Source: an uncultured Candidatus Rokubacteria bacterium
Lineage (GTDB): Bacteria; Methylomirabilota; Methylomirabilia; Rokubacteriales; DASRDR01
Length of the DNA: 64,000 nt
Assembly: GCA_963805625.1 (NCBI GenBank)
Contig: CAWDVE010000019.1
Span: 224,001-288,000, forward strand
Direction of reading: 5' to 3'
This document shows positions 1-9,083 of this stretch, piece by piece. How positions within the stretch are numbered: position 1 is the stretch's first letter; every line of letters begins with the position of its first letter. Below the pieces are notes generated by a model, which saw only the letters and a list, made by a program, of their open reading frames with translations, did no database searches and was not told where the DNA came from. A program made the position numbers and the translations under genes.

Positions 1-2
1 TC

Positions 3-317
3 AAGTACCGCGCCAGCGTCGAGGAGTTCCTCCGCAGCCACGGCGACGAGCTGTTGGCGCAGGTCGGCGCCCAGTGGCCGGAGCTCTGCATCGTGTTCGT
101 GACCGACCATCCCGCCTCGGGGCGCTCGTGCTTCCAGGTGCTCGATGTCGCAGCCACGCGGCCGGGCGACCCGCTCACGACGATCGACCTCCACGACGTT
201 CACGACTTCAACATCTACCTCACGACCGCGCAGGAGTACGAGGGGCTGGTGCGCCAGATCTTCCCCTTGCTCCGTCTGAGCGGGGGGAGCGTGCGCTCGC
301 CGGGCGAGGTCAGCTAG
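3..317 (+). CDS. Hypothetical protein, 5'-truncated by the window edge
   Basis: Frame open from position 3 (KYRASVEEFLRSHGDELLAQVG...) to TAG at 315-317, with strong GC3 codon bias. Confidence 0.7.
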   Translation, partial: KYRASVEEFLRSHGDELLAQVGAQWPELCIVFVTDHPASGRSCFQVLDVAATRPGDPLTTIDLHDVHDFNIYLTTAQEYEGLVRQIFPLLRLSGGSVRSPGEVS

Positions 318-447
318 CGCCGGTTCGCCCCACCGGGGCGCCGGCCTGCGTCTGGCGCGGGAAGCAACGGCGCAGTCCGGAACGAGGACCTAGCGGCGGC
401 GCCTCACGCGTGGCTCGCGCCGCTTGCGCCGGCCGGCACCGAGCTCC

Positions 448-3192
448 TCACCGATCGACGGCGCCGGGATCCGTACCCGACACGACCAGGGTTGCGCGGT
501 CCGGGTGGAGGTGCTTCGCGGCGGCGGTGTTCGCCTGGGTCACGGTTACCGCGCGGTAGTGGTCCGCGTAGCGGTCGAGGTAGTCGGGGCCGAGACGGTA
601 GAACTCCATCGCCCAGAGGACGTCGGCCATCCCGCTGTTGGTCTCGAGGCGCAGCGGGAAGCGGCCGGTGAGGTACGCCACGGCCTCGTCCCGCTCCCGC
701 CGGGTGATCCCGCGGTCGCGGAGCCGTGTCACCTCGCGGAGCATGGTCTCGATCGCCCTCCGCGCGTTGGCCGGGTTTGTCCCGAGCGCTACCCCGAAGG
801 GCCCCGGGTACCAGCCGGCGTCGAAGTAGCTCTCGACGGTGTAGGCGAGGCCCAGCGCGTCACGGATCACGGCGCCGAGCCGGCTGTTGAGAGCGCCCCC
901 GCCTCCCAGGACCAGGTTCATGACCTGCGCGGCGTAGAAGTCAGGATCGCTCCGCCGGAGTCCCCCCGCGTGCCCCCACATGATCGTCGTCTGGCTCTTG
1001 TCGGGGATCGGGATCAGAATTCGCTCGGCCGTGGCCTGGAGGGGCACGTCGAGCGCAGGCGGCGGCTCCGCCTGCGGGTTCCGGGGCCAGGCCCCGAGGC
1101 GGGTCTCGACGGCCTCGCGGACCCGGTCGGCCGCGACGTTGCCGGCGAGGACCAGGATCAGCCCGTCAGGGCCGTACTGGTTGCGGTGAAACCCGAGGAG
1201 ATCGTCGCGGCTGATCCTGCCGACCGCCTGCTCGGCCTCATCGAAGGTCGGCGGCCGGAGGGGGTGGCCCGCCGGGTAGATCGCCCGCCCGAACGCCCGC
1301 TCCGCCGCGCTGTCCGGATCGTCGCGCGCCTGGGCGAGCTGCGCCAGCGCCTCGCCCTTGAGCCGACCCAGCTCGGCAGCGGGGAACGCGGGGTGGCGCA
1401 GCATGTCCGCGAGAAGATCCATGACGCGGTCGAAGTCCCGGCTCTCCGCACGTCCCGAGATCATGGTGGCGAGCGCGTCCGCGTTGGCCGAGAGACTCGC
1501 GCCGACGTCCTCGAGCTGGGTGGCGAACGCGAGGGCGCTCCGCTGCTCGGTCCCGCGGGTCAGCATGGCGGCGGTCAGGGACGCGAGGCCTGACTTGGCC
1601 TCCGGGTCGAGGACGTGCCCCGCCGGCAGGCTCGCCCGGAGCGCGAGCGTGGGGCTCGCCGGGTTCTCCTGGACGACGGCGGTGATGCCGTTCGCCAGCG
1701 TGAAGCGGGTGACGCGCCGGTCGACCGGGGGCTGCCTCGACGACGGCGGGATCGGGATCGCCCGGGCGCCCCGGCCCGCTTTCTCCACCCGGGCGGCGGC
1801 TTCCTGGGGCGGCGACGCGGGGGACGCCCCGCCGAGAGTGGGGACGAAGTGCCCGATCGTGCGCGTGTCCGCGAGGAAGTACTTCCGCGCCACCGCCTGG
1901 ACCACTTCCGGTGTCAGCGCGTGGATGCGGTCCAGGTAGGTCGTGAGGTAGCGCCAGTCGTCCACCATGGCCCAGTAGCCGAGCTCGCGGGCCTGGGCCG
2001 TCACGCTCTCCGTCTGGTACGCGAAGCTCGACTCGATACGTCGCGTGGCCCGTGCCAGCTCCTCGGCGGTGATGGGCGCCGCCTTCATCCGCTCGATCTC
2101 GTCCAGCAGCGCGGCCTCGAGCTTCGGGGCGGACACGCCCGGCCGCGCGGTCGCCGTCACGAGGAACAGGAAGGGGTCGCGAAGGCTCGGGGCCCCGGCG
2201 TCGAAGCTGGAGGCGAGCTCCGTCTCGACGAGGGCCTGGTAGAGGCGGCCGGTGCGGCCCTCCCCGAGTACGGTCCCCAGGACGTCGAGGGCGTAGAAGT
2301 CCGGGTGCTGGGCCGCCGGGACCTTGTAGGCGAGTGTCACGATCGGGAGCGCGCCGGCCTGGTTCACGATGACGCGACGCTCGCCGCGCTGCTCGGGCTC
2401 GGTCGTGTAGACGGGCGGCGGCGGCGGGATCGGCGCGAGGGAGCCGAAGTGCTTCCCGACCAGGTCCAGGGCCTGCTTGGTCTCGAAGTCCCCGACGATC
2501 ACGACGGTGGCGTTGTTCGGTCCGTAGTGGGCGCGGTAGTAGTCGTGGAGCGCGCTCCGCGGCATCTGCTCGACGTCGCTCCGCCAGCCGATGACCGGCC
2601 AGTGGTAGGGGTGCGCCTGGATCGCCGTCGCCGTCACGGCCTGGCGCAGCAGGGTCTCGGGATCGTTCTCGCCGCCCTCCAGCTCGCTCCGGACCACGGT
2701 CATCTCGGAGTCGAGGTCGGCCTTGTCGATCCGGCTGTGGGCCATCCGGTCCGCCTCGAGCTCGATGGCCAGCTCGAGCCGGTCGGCCGCCAGCGTCTCG
2801 AAGTAGCTGGTCCAGTCGTAGAACGTGTTGGCGTTGAAGCTCGCCCCGTTCAGGAAGAGCGTGCGCGCGATCTCCCCCACGCGGTATCGCTGCGTTCCCT
2901 TGAACATCATGTGCTCGAGGAGATGGGAGATGCCGGTGATGCCGGTGTGCTCGTTGCGCGACCCGACCCGGTACCAGACCCCGAAGCTCACCACCGGCGC
3001 GCTCCGGACCTCCTTCGTCAGGACGCGGAGGCCGTTGGGAAGGCGCGTTTCGGTCACCCCCGCCGTCAGCGCCGGGGCCGGCGTCGGGAAGGGCGCCTGG
3101 CCGGCGACGAGCCTCACGCCGGCGAGCACCAGGAGGAGGCTGAGGAGGATCGGGCCGGATCCGCGTCGCGCTGGGGTCCACGGGCCATTCAT
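448..3192 (-). CDS. M16 family zinc peptidase (fused two-lobe, PqqL/pitrilysin-like), exported
   Basis: HLLEH inverted zincin motif in the N-terminal half, inactive second M16 half, signal peptide, GGAGG upstream of ATG. Confidence 0.93.
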   Translation of the reverse strand: MNGPWTPARRGSGPILLSLLLVLAGVRLVAGQAPFPTPAPALTAGVTETRLPNGLRVLTKEVRSAPVVSFGVWYRVGSRNEHTGITGISHLLEHMMFKGTQRYRVGEIARTLFLNGASFNANTFYDWTSYFETLAADRLELAIELEADRMAHSRIDKADLDSEMTVVRSELEGGENDPETLLRQAVTATAIQAHPYHWPVIGWRSDVEQMPRSALHDYYRAHYGPNNATVVIVGDFETKQALDLVGKHFGSLAPIPPPPPVYTTEPEQRGERRVIVNQAGALPIVTLAYKVPAAQHPDFYALDVLGTVLGEGRTGRLYQALVETELASSFDAGAPSLRDPFLFLVTATARPGVSAPKLEAALLDEIERMKAAPITAEELARATRRIESSFAYQTESVTAQARELGYWAMVDDWRYLTTYLDRIHALTPEVVQAVARKYFLADTRTIGHFVPTLGGASPASPPQEAAARVEKAGRGARAIPIPPSSRQPPVDRRVTRFTLANGITAVVQENPASPTLALRASLPAGHVLDPEAKSGLASLTAAMLTRGTEQRSALAFATQLEDVGASLSANADALATMISGRAESRDFDRVMDLLADMLRHPAFPAAELGRLKGEALAQLAQARDDPDSAAERAFGRAIYPAGHPLRPPTFDEAEQAVGRISRDDLLGFHRNQYGPDGLILVLAGNVAADRVREAVETRLGAWPRNPQAEPPPALDVPLQATAERILIPIPDKSQTTIMWGHAGGLRRSDPDFYAAQVMNLVLGGGGALNSRLGAVIRDALGLAYTVESYFDAGWYPGPFGVALGTNPANARRAIETMLREVTRLRDRGITRRERDEAVAYLTGRFPLRLETNSGMADVLWAMEFYRLGPDYLDRYADHYRAVTVTQANTAAAKHLHPDRATLVVSGTDPGAVDR

Positions 3193-3364
3193 TAATCGTA
3201 CCTCCGATTCTGTCGACTCATCGTCGCACGGAGTCGACGATCGTCACCGAGCGCCGGCCCGCCCGCCCCGGTGCATCGGCGCGGCGTCCGCCGTGCGGCA
3301 GTACGGCGATGGCGTGTCCGGTCTCGTGGACCACGGTACGCTGACCATGATGCCCAAACGACGA

Positions 3365-3384
3365 GCCGGGCTCCTGAGCCCGGC
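3365..3384. terminator. GC-rich palindrome downstream of iorB, possible terminator or stability hairpin
   Basis: GCCGGGCTC-CT-GAGCCCGGC perfect inverted repeat; no U-tract. Confidence 0.3.
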
Positions 3385-3448
3385 CTTCGCGGGCTCTCTC
3401 CCGCCGGCGTCGACACCATCTGATGCGGCGACGCCGGGGGACCGAGCG

Positions 3449-5608
3449 CTATGCCCGCTTCAGCGACGCCCGATCGATCGGCAGGCGGCGGATGCGCTTG
3501 CCCGTCGCGGCGAAGATCGCGTTGCAGATCGCGGGAGCGACCGTCGGCACGCCGGGCTCGCCCAGGCCCCCGGGCGCCTGGCCGGATTCGAGGATGTGCA
3601 CCTCGGTCATCGGCGTCTCGGCGATCCGCATCATCGGGTAGGTGTGGAAGTTGGTCTGCTGGACGCGCCCGGCATCGAGCGTGATCTGGCCGTAGAGTGT
3701 CGCCGTCATCGCATAGACGGCGCCGCCCTCCATCTGCGCCTTGACCTGGTCCGGGTTGACGGCGATCCCGCAGTCGATCGCGCAGACGAGACGGTGAACC
3801 CGGACGGCGCCGTCGTCCGCGACGGACACCTCGGCCACGTGGGCGGAGTAGCTCGCGTAGGAGAAGCAGACCGCGATGCCGCGCCCCTGTCCCGCCGGGA
3901 GCGGCGCGCCCCAGCCGGCCCGGGTCGCGGCCAGCTCGAGAACGGCCTTGTGGCGAGGGGACTTGCCGAGAAGGGCGCGGCGGTACTCGTAGGGGTCCTG
4001 GCCCGCGAGGTGCGCCAGCTCGTCGACGAAGGTCTCGACGATGAACGCGTTCTGGGAGGACCCGACCGAGCGCCAGAATCCGACCGGCACCCCGACGTCC
4101 TTGTCCACCCACTCGATCCGGACGTTCGGGATGTCGTACGGCAGGTCCCGGAGCCCGGCCATCGCCGTGCCGTCGACCTGGCCGGCCGCGACGTTGCCTC
4201 GCTGGCGGAGGAGGCCCGGGCCCACCGCGCGCGTGAACCAGGCAGTCGGCTTCCCCGAGGCGTCGAGCGCGGCCCGGAACACGTTGTGGGTGTTCGGCCG
4301 GTAGAAGCTGTGCGTCATGTCGTCCTCGCGCGTCCACAGCACCTTCACCGGCCCGCCGCCGATCGCCTTCGCGACCTCGACCGCGTCGATCACGAAGTCT
4401 CGTTCCCCGCGCCGCCCGAACCCGCCGCCGAGGAGGGTCGTGTTGACGGTCACGCGCTCGACGGGGAGTCCCGTCAATCGCGCCGCGACCTCGCGCGAGC
4501 CGCCGGGGTTCTGCGTGGGCGCCCAGACCGTGCACGCGTCGGCCGTCACGTGGGCCGTCGCGTTCATGGGCTCCATGCAGGCCTGCTCGAGATACGGCAC
4601 CTGGTAGATCGCCTCGACGACCTTCCCGCCCGCGGCCAGGGCTGCCGCGGCATCGCCGTCGTTCCGCGCGACCAGGCCCGCTCGGCCCGCGGCGGCCGCG
4701 TGCTCCTTCGCGATCCCCGCGCTCGAGAGCTGGCCGAGCTGACCGTCGTCCCACACTACCTTCAGGGCCTTCCGGCCCTGGAGCGCGGTCCAGAAGTTGT
4801 CGGCCACCACGGCGACGCCGCTCGTGACCCGGACGACGTGCTTGACGCCGGGGATCGCCTTCGCCGGTGCCGCGTCGAAGGACTTGACCTTGCCGCCGGC
4901 CACGACGGGGCACTTCTCGATGGACGCGACCAGCATGCCGGGGACCGTCACGTCGATCCCGTAGACCGCCTGGCCGTTGACCTTTTGCGGGACGTCGACG
5001 CGCCGCACGTCCTTGCCGATGTAGCGGAACTGTTCCTTCGTCTTGAGCGGCGGGTTCTGCGGGACCGGCAGGGTTTGTGCCTTGTCCACCAGTTGGCCGT
5101 AGGGGAGGCGGCGACCGGTGGGGACGTGGACGACCACCCCGGGCTCGGTCGTCACCTCGTCGAGGGGGACGCCCCACTCCTGGGCCGCCGCCTCGCGGAG
5201 CATCTGGCGCGCCGCGGCGCCGGCCTTCCGCAGGGGCTCGAGGTGATCGCGGACGCCGCGGCTCCCGCCGTAGGACTGCTGGCGGGTGACCGGGTTCGCG
5301 TAGAGGCTCGGATCGGTCGGCGCGGCCTCCACCCGGACGCGGTTCCAGTCGGCGTCGAGCTCGTCCGCGACGATCATCGGCATGGTGGTCATCGAGCCCT
5401 GACCCATCTCGGGGACCGAGTTGATGATGGTGACGACGCCGTCGCGATCGATGCGGAGCCACTGGTTGGGGGCGAAGACGCCCGCGCCCTGAGCCTCGGC
5501 CGGGAGACGGTCCAGCAGCGGCAGGCGGAACCCGATGACGAGCCCGGTGCCGACGGCGAGCCCGCCCTTGAGCAGCGCGCGGCGGCTCGGACGCGCGTGC
5601 GAAGCCAT
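3449..5608 (-). CDS. iorB: Xanthine dehydrogenase family molybdopterin-binding subunit (isoquinoline 1-oxidoreductase beta-like)
   Basis: Tat-like SRRALLK; PEMGQG, GGGFGRR, FWRSVG and GGLGEP motifs; start ATG overlaps the iorA stop. Confidence 0.9.
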   Translation of the reverse strand: MASHARPSRRALLKGGLAVGTGLVIGFRLPLLDRLPAEAQGAGVFAPNQWLRIDRDGVVTIINSVPEMGQGSMTTMPMIVADELDADWNRVRVEAAPTDPSLYANPVTRQQSYGGSRGVRDHLEPLRKAGAAARQMLREAAAQEWGVPLDEVTTEPGVVVHVPTGRRLPYGQLVDKAQTLPVPQNPPLKTKEQFRYIGKDVRRVDVPQKVNGQAVYGIDVTVPGMLVASIEKCPVVAGGKVKSFDAAPAKAIPGVKHVVRVTSGVAVVADNFWTALQGRKALKVVWDDGQLGQLSSAGIAKEHAAAAGRAGLVARNDGDAAAALAAGGKVVEAIYQVPYLEQACMEPMNATAHVTADACTVWAPTQNPGGSREVAARLTGLPVERVTVNTTLLGGGFGRRGERDFVIDAVEVAKAIGGGPVKVLWTREDDMTHSFYRPNTHNVFRAALDASGKPTAWFTRAVGPGLLRQRGNVAAGQVDGTAMAGLRDLPYDIPNVRIEWVDKDVGVPVGFWRSVGSSQNAFIVETFVDELAHLAGQDPYEYRRALLGKSPRHKAVLELAATRAGWGAPLPAGQGRGIAVCFSYASYSAHVAEVSVADDGAVRVHRLVCAIDCGIAVNPDQVKAQMEGGAVYAMTATLYGQITLDAGRVQQTNFHTYPMMRIAETPMTEVHILESGQAPGGLGEPGVPTVAPAICNAIFAATGKRIRRLPIDRASLKRA

Positions 5609-6072
5609 CACGCCCCTCCCCGTGCGAGCGTGGCGGCCCGGTGGACGGCCGCCCGGATCCGCTGGTAGGTGCCACAGCGGCAGATGTTTCCCGCCATGGC
5701 CGCGTCGATGTCCTGGTCGGTGGGCGCCGTGTTCTGGGCGAGGAGCGCGGCCGCCGACATGAGCTGGCCGGACTGGCAGTAGCCGCACTGGGGGACGTCG
5801 AGCTCCATCCAGGCGCGCTGGACCGGGTGGTCGGTCTTGGCCGAGAGCCCCTCGATGGTGGTCACCTGCTTCCCCGCGACGGCCGCCACCGGCGTGACGC
5901 ACGCGCGCGCTGGCACGCCGTCGACGTGGACCGTGCAGGCGCCGCAAAGCGCCATCCCGCAGCCGTACTTGGTTCCGGTGAGCCCGAGCGTCTCCCGGAT
6001 CGCCCAGAGGAGCGGCATGTCCGGGGACACGTCGAGCTGGCGGGGCGTACCGTTCACGGTCAGGGCGATCAT
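5608..6072 (-). CDS. iorA: (2Fe-2S)-binding subunit, IorA-like
   Basis: [22 protein letters not shown] and NICRCGTY motifs. Confidence 0.93.
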   Translation of the reverse strand: MIALTVNGTPRQLDVSPDMPLLWAIRETLGLTGTKYGCGMALCGACTVHVDGVPARACVTPVAAVAGKQVTTIEGLSAKTDHPVQRAWMELDVPQCGYCQSGQLMSAAALLAQNTAPTDQDIDAAMAGNICRCGTYQRIRAAVHRAATLARGGA

Positions 6073-6227
6073 GCTGACTCCTTCCCCATCGTTCGCCCCA
6101 TCGCCCGCACGGTCACGGGCCCGGTTTGGGTGCGATCAACGGGATTCCGTCCCGCCCGGCCGGGTGCGTGTCCCTGCGAGCGGCTCGGGCTGATCGGATC
6201 GTGATCCGCGTGACGTTCTCCTCGGAG

Positions 6228-7103
6228 CTAGGCCTTCAGATGTGTATCGAAGTGGGCAAGGCAGCGCTTCCATCCGTCCGCTGCCGCCGTCGGGTTGTAT
6301 GAGGGGCGGTAGTCGGCAAAGAAGGCGTGGCCGGCCCCTGGATAGATCACAGCCTGGGCAGTCGGGTTCTGAGGCTTCAGCATGTCGACGAACCTCTGCA
6401 CCTCGACGGGTGAGGGGTTCTGGTCATTCTCCCCGTACAGCCCGAGGAACGGCGCCTTGATGTCCTTGGCCACGTCGAACGCGGTGAGGGGGTTCGGCGA
6501 GTCGGCGAACGGGAGCCTCAGAGGTCCGTACCATGCCACGGTGGCCTTGATGTCGGGGTGGGCCGCGGCGACCTGGTAGGTGACGCCCCCTCCCCAGCAC
6601 CAGCCCGTGATAGCGATCCGGTCGACGCGCACGCCGGGGCGTGTCTTCGCCCAATCCGCAGCCGCCGCGACATCGCCCAGTAGCTGTTTCCTGGGCACGG
6701 CGAGCACGATCTTCAGGATGTCCTGGATGTTGCTGAGCTGCCCCACGCCGCCCTCGCGCTGGAAGAGCTCGGGCGCCACGCAGCAGTAGCCGGCCTTGGC
6801 AAACCGCCGTGTGACGTCCTTCACCCACTCGTGAACGCCAAAGACCTCGGAGATCGCCAGGACGATCGGGGCGTTGGTGCCCGAGGCGGGCCGCGCCTCG
6901 TAGACCGGCATGCCGTAGTCGCCGATCTTGACCGTGTAGTCGCCGGCCACGATGTCCGTGGTGTCGGTCTTGATGGCCTGCGCCAGGACCTTGTCGGCGC
7001 CCACGGCGTAACCGACGAACGTGGCGGCGCCCACCTTGAGCGCTTGGCGCCGCGTCAGGCCCGTCGTCTCCTTAGAAGCGTCCCCGTCGTGCGCTGAGGT
7101 CAT
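6228..7103 (-). CDS. Dienelactone hydrolase family protein with Tat signal
   Basis: TRRQALK; EVFG; GWCWGG nucleophile elbow; AGHAFFADYRPSY. Confidence 0.92.
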   Translation of the reverse strand: MTSAHDGDASKETTGLTRRQALKVGAATFVGYAVGADKVLAQAIKTDTTDIVAGDYTVKIGDYGMPVYEARPASGTNAPIVLAISEVFGVHEWVKDVTRRFAKAGYCCVAPELFQREGGVGQLSNIQDILKIVLAVPRKQLLGDVAAAADWAKTRPGVRVDRIAITGWCWGGGVTYQVAAAHPDIKATVAWYGPLRLPFADSPNPLTAFDVAKDIKAPFLGLYGENDQNPSPVEVQRFVDMLKPQNPTAQAVIYPGAGHAFFADYRPSYNPTAAADGWKRCLAHFDTHLKA

Positions 7104-7490
7104 CCGTTCCCCTCTGAGTGGCCGGGTGTCCCTGATTGGCCGAGGTTGAGGAGCGCACCGATCGATGAGGTCAGGCTAGAAACCTTCACGAAGAGTGTCA
7201 AGGTGCCACGATTCTGGGCGATCCACTCCGATGTCACCTGAGGGTCATTCTCACCGAGGTCTGTTAAAGACAACCAAAGGACCGCTCGGTGGGTTCCAGC
7301 GGCCCGATGGTCGAGGAGTCTCCACGTCATCAAACGGGGTGAGCGATGCGGGATGGGAGCGCCCGTCGATTCTCTCGATGGTTGCTCTCCTCGGGGGCCT
7401 CCGGTCGCGCGGGCGCTGTGACCGAGAGCATACTGATCGGGATCGAGAGCCGGGGCGGCCGAGGCGAGTCAGGCGGCGCCTGGAGGAGCG

Positions 7491-8345
7491 ATGACGATGG
7501 CGACGAGCGTGGGGCTGCTGCATCCGGGTGAGATGGGCTCCGTGGTGGGCGCGTGCCTGCGCGCGGGCGGCATCCGCGTCGTGTGGCCATCGGCGGGCCG
7601 CAGCGAGGTCAGCCGCCAACGCGCTCGGGCCGCGGATCTCGAGGACCTCGGCACGCTGGCGGCGGTCGTCGCGGCCAGCGACGTGATCCTCTCCGTCTGC
7701 CCGCCGGGCTCGGCGGCGGACGTTGCGCGCCTGGTCGCCGCCGAGCGGTTCCGGGGACTCTACGTGGACGCGAATGCCGTCGCTCCGGGCACCGCGCGCC
7801 GCGTGGAGCAGATCGTGGGTGCCGCGGGGGCCGAGCTGGTCGACGGCGGCATCATCGGCCCGCCGCCCCGCGATGCCGGAACGACGCGGCTCTATCTTGC
7901 CGGCTCGCGCGCCGGGGAGATCGCGAGCCTGTTCAAGGGGAGCGCCCTCGAGGCCGTCGTGATGCCGGGCGACGTCGGCACGGCCTCGGCCCTCAAGATG
8001 GCGTACGCCGCGTGGACGAAGGGCTCGAGCTGCCTCCTCATCGCCGTGCGCGCGCTCGCGATCGCTGAGGGCGTGGACGGGGCGCTTCGCGCCGAGTGGG
8101 AGCGCTCCCAGCCCGGCCTTGGCGCCCGCTCGGAGTCCGCCGTCGCGGGCAACGCGAAGAAGGCCTGGCGCTTCGTCGGCGAGATGGAGGAGATCGCCGC
8201 GACGTTCGCGGCCGCCGGGCTACCGGCCGGGTTCCACGAGGCGTGCGCCGCGGTCTATGGCCGCCTCGACCGTTACAAGGACGCGCCGGCGCCGCCGACG
8301 GTCGCCGAGGTGGCCGCGGCGCTCGGCGCCCCGCGAACGGCGTAG
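7491..8345 (+). CDS. NAD(P)-dependent oxidoreductase, 6PGD-like with DUF1932-type C-terminus
   Basis: GLLHPGEMG, DGGIIGPPP, ASALKMAYAAWTKG and KAWRFVGEMEEIA; GGAGG RBS. Confidence 0.88.
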   Translation: MTMATSVGLLHPGEMGSVVGACLRAGGIRVVWPSAGRSEVSRQRARAADLEDLGTLAAVVAASDVILSVCPPGSAADVARLVAAERFRGLYVDANAVAPGTARRVEQIVGAAGAELVDGGIIGPPPRDAGTTRLYLAGSRAGEIASLFKGSALEAVVMPGDVGTASALKMAYAAWTKGSSCLLIAVRALAIAEGVDGALRAEWERSQPGLGARSESAVAGNAKKAWRFVGEMEEIAATFAAAGLPAGFHEACAAVYGRLDRYKDAPAPPTVAEVAAALGAPRTA

Positions 8346-8374
8346 GGGCCCCCGGGCTCGGTCACCGCCGGGCG

Positions 8375-8995
8375 CTAGGTGCCGAAGAGCCGGTCGCCGA
8401 AGTCGCCGAGGCCCGGCAGGATGAACTTCCGGGCGTTGAGCTCGCGGTCGACCGCCGCGGTGTAGACGGTGGCGTCCGGGACCGCCGCCTCCAGGTGAGC
8501 CAGGCCCTCCGGGGCGGCGACGATCGACAGGAGCCGGACCCGCCGGGCGCCGAGGTCGGCGAGCCCCTCGATGGCCATCGCGGCCGAGCCACCGGTCGCC
8601 AGCATGGGGTCGAGTAGAAAGACCGACGCGCCGGCCAGGTCCTTCGGCACCTTCTCGTAGTACCGGCGCGCCACCGCGGTCAACTCGTCGCGCTCGAGGC
8701 CGAAGTAGCCCACCTGCGCCTGCGGCACCAGCTCGAGGAGCGCGTCGAGCATGCCGAGGCCGGCCCGCAGCACCGGCACCGCCACCACGCGCGCGGCCAG
8801 CCGTCTCACGGTCGTGGTCTCGAGCGGCGTCTCGACGGTCGCCTCGGCGAGTGGCAGGTCTCGCGTGGCCTCCGCGACCAAGAGCAGGCTCACGCGGTGG
8901 GCGAGCTGGCGGAAGACGTCGCAGGGCGTGCGGCGATCCCGGAGGGCGGCCAGGACGTTCTCCACGAGCGGGTGGTGGACGACGTGCACGTCCAT
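8375..8995 (-). CDS. upp: Uracil phosphoribosyltransferase
   Basis: VPVLRAGLGM, DPMLATGGS, FILPGLGDFGDRLFGT. Confidence 0.97.
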   Translation of the reverse strand: MDVHVVHHPLVENVLAALRDRRTPCDVFRQLAHRVSLLLVAEATRDLPLAEATVETPLETTTVRRLAARVVAVPVLRAGLGMLDALLELVPQAQVGYFGLERDELTAVARRYYEKVPKDLAGASVFLLDPMLATGGSAAMAIEGLADLGARRVRLLSIVAAPEGLAHLEAAVPDATVYTAAVDRELNARKFILPGLGDFGDRLFGT

Positions 8996-9024
8996 GGCTT
9001 GAAGGGGCCCCCGGGCCCGGCCGG

Positions 9025-9033
9025 ATCATACAC
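9025..9033 (-). promoter_or_regulatory. Possible internal -10 element (TATGAT) upstream of upp
   Basis: Minus strand GTGTATGAT about 30 nt before the upp ATG. Confidence 0.35.
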
Positions 9034-9083
9034 GAGGTGCGGCTTCGCCGGCTACGAGCGACGTCGACGTGTGGGTCTCCGGG

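Noticed and set aside
424-5668. Long + strand ORFs such as 424-1593, 1615-3195 and 2825-5668
   Set aside because: Antisense shadows of well-supported genes, expected at this GC content; no motifs
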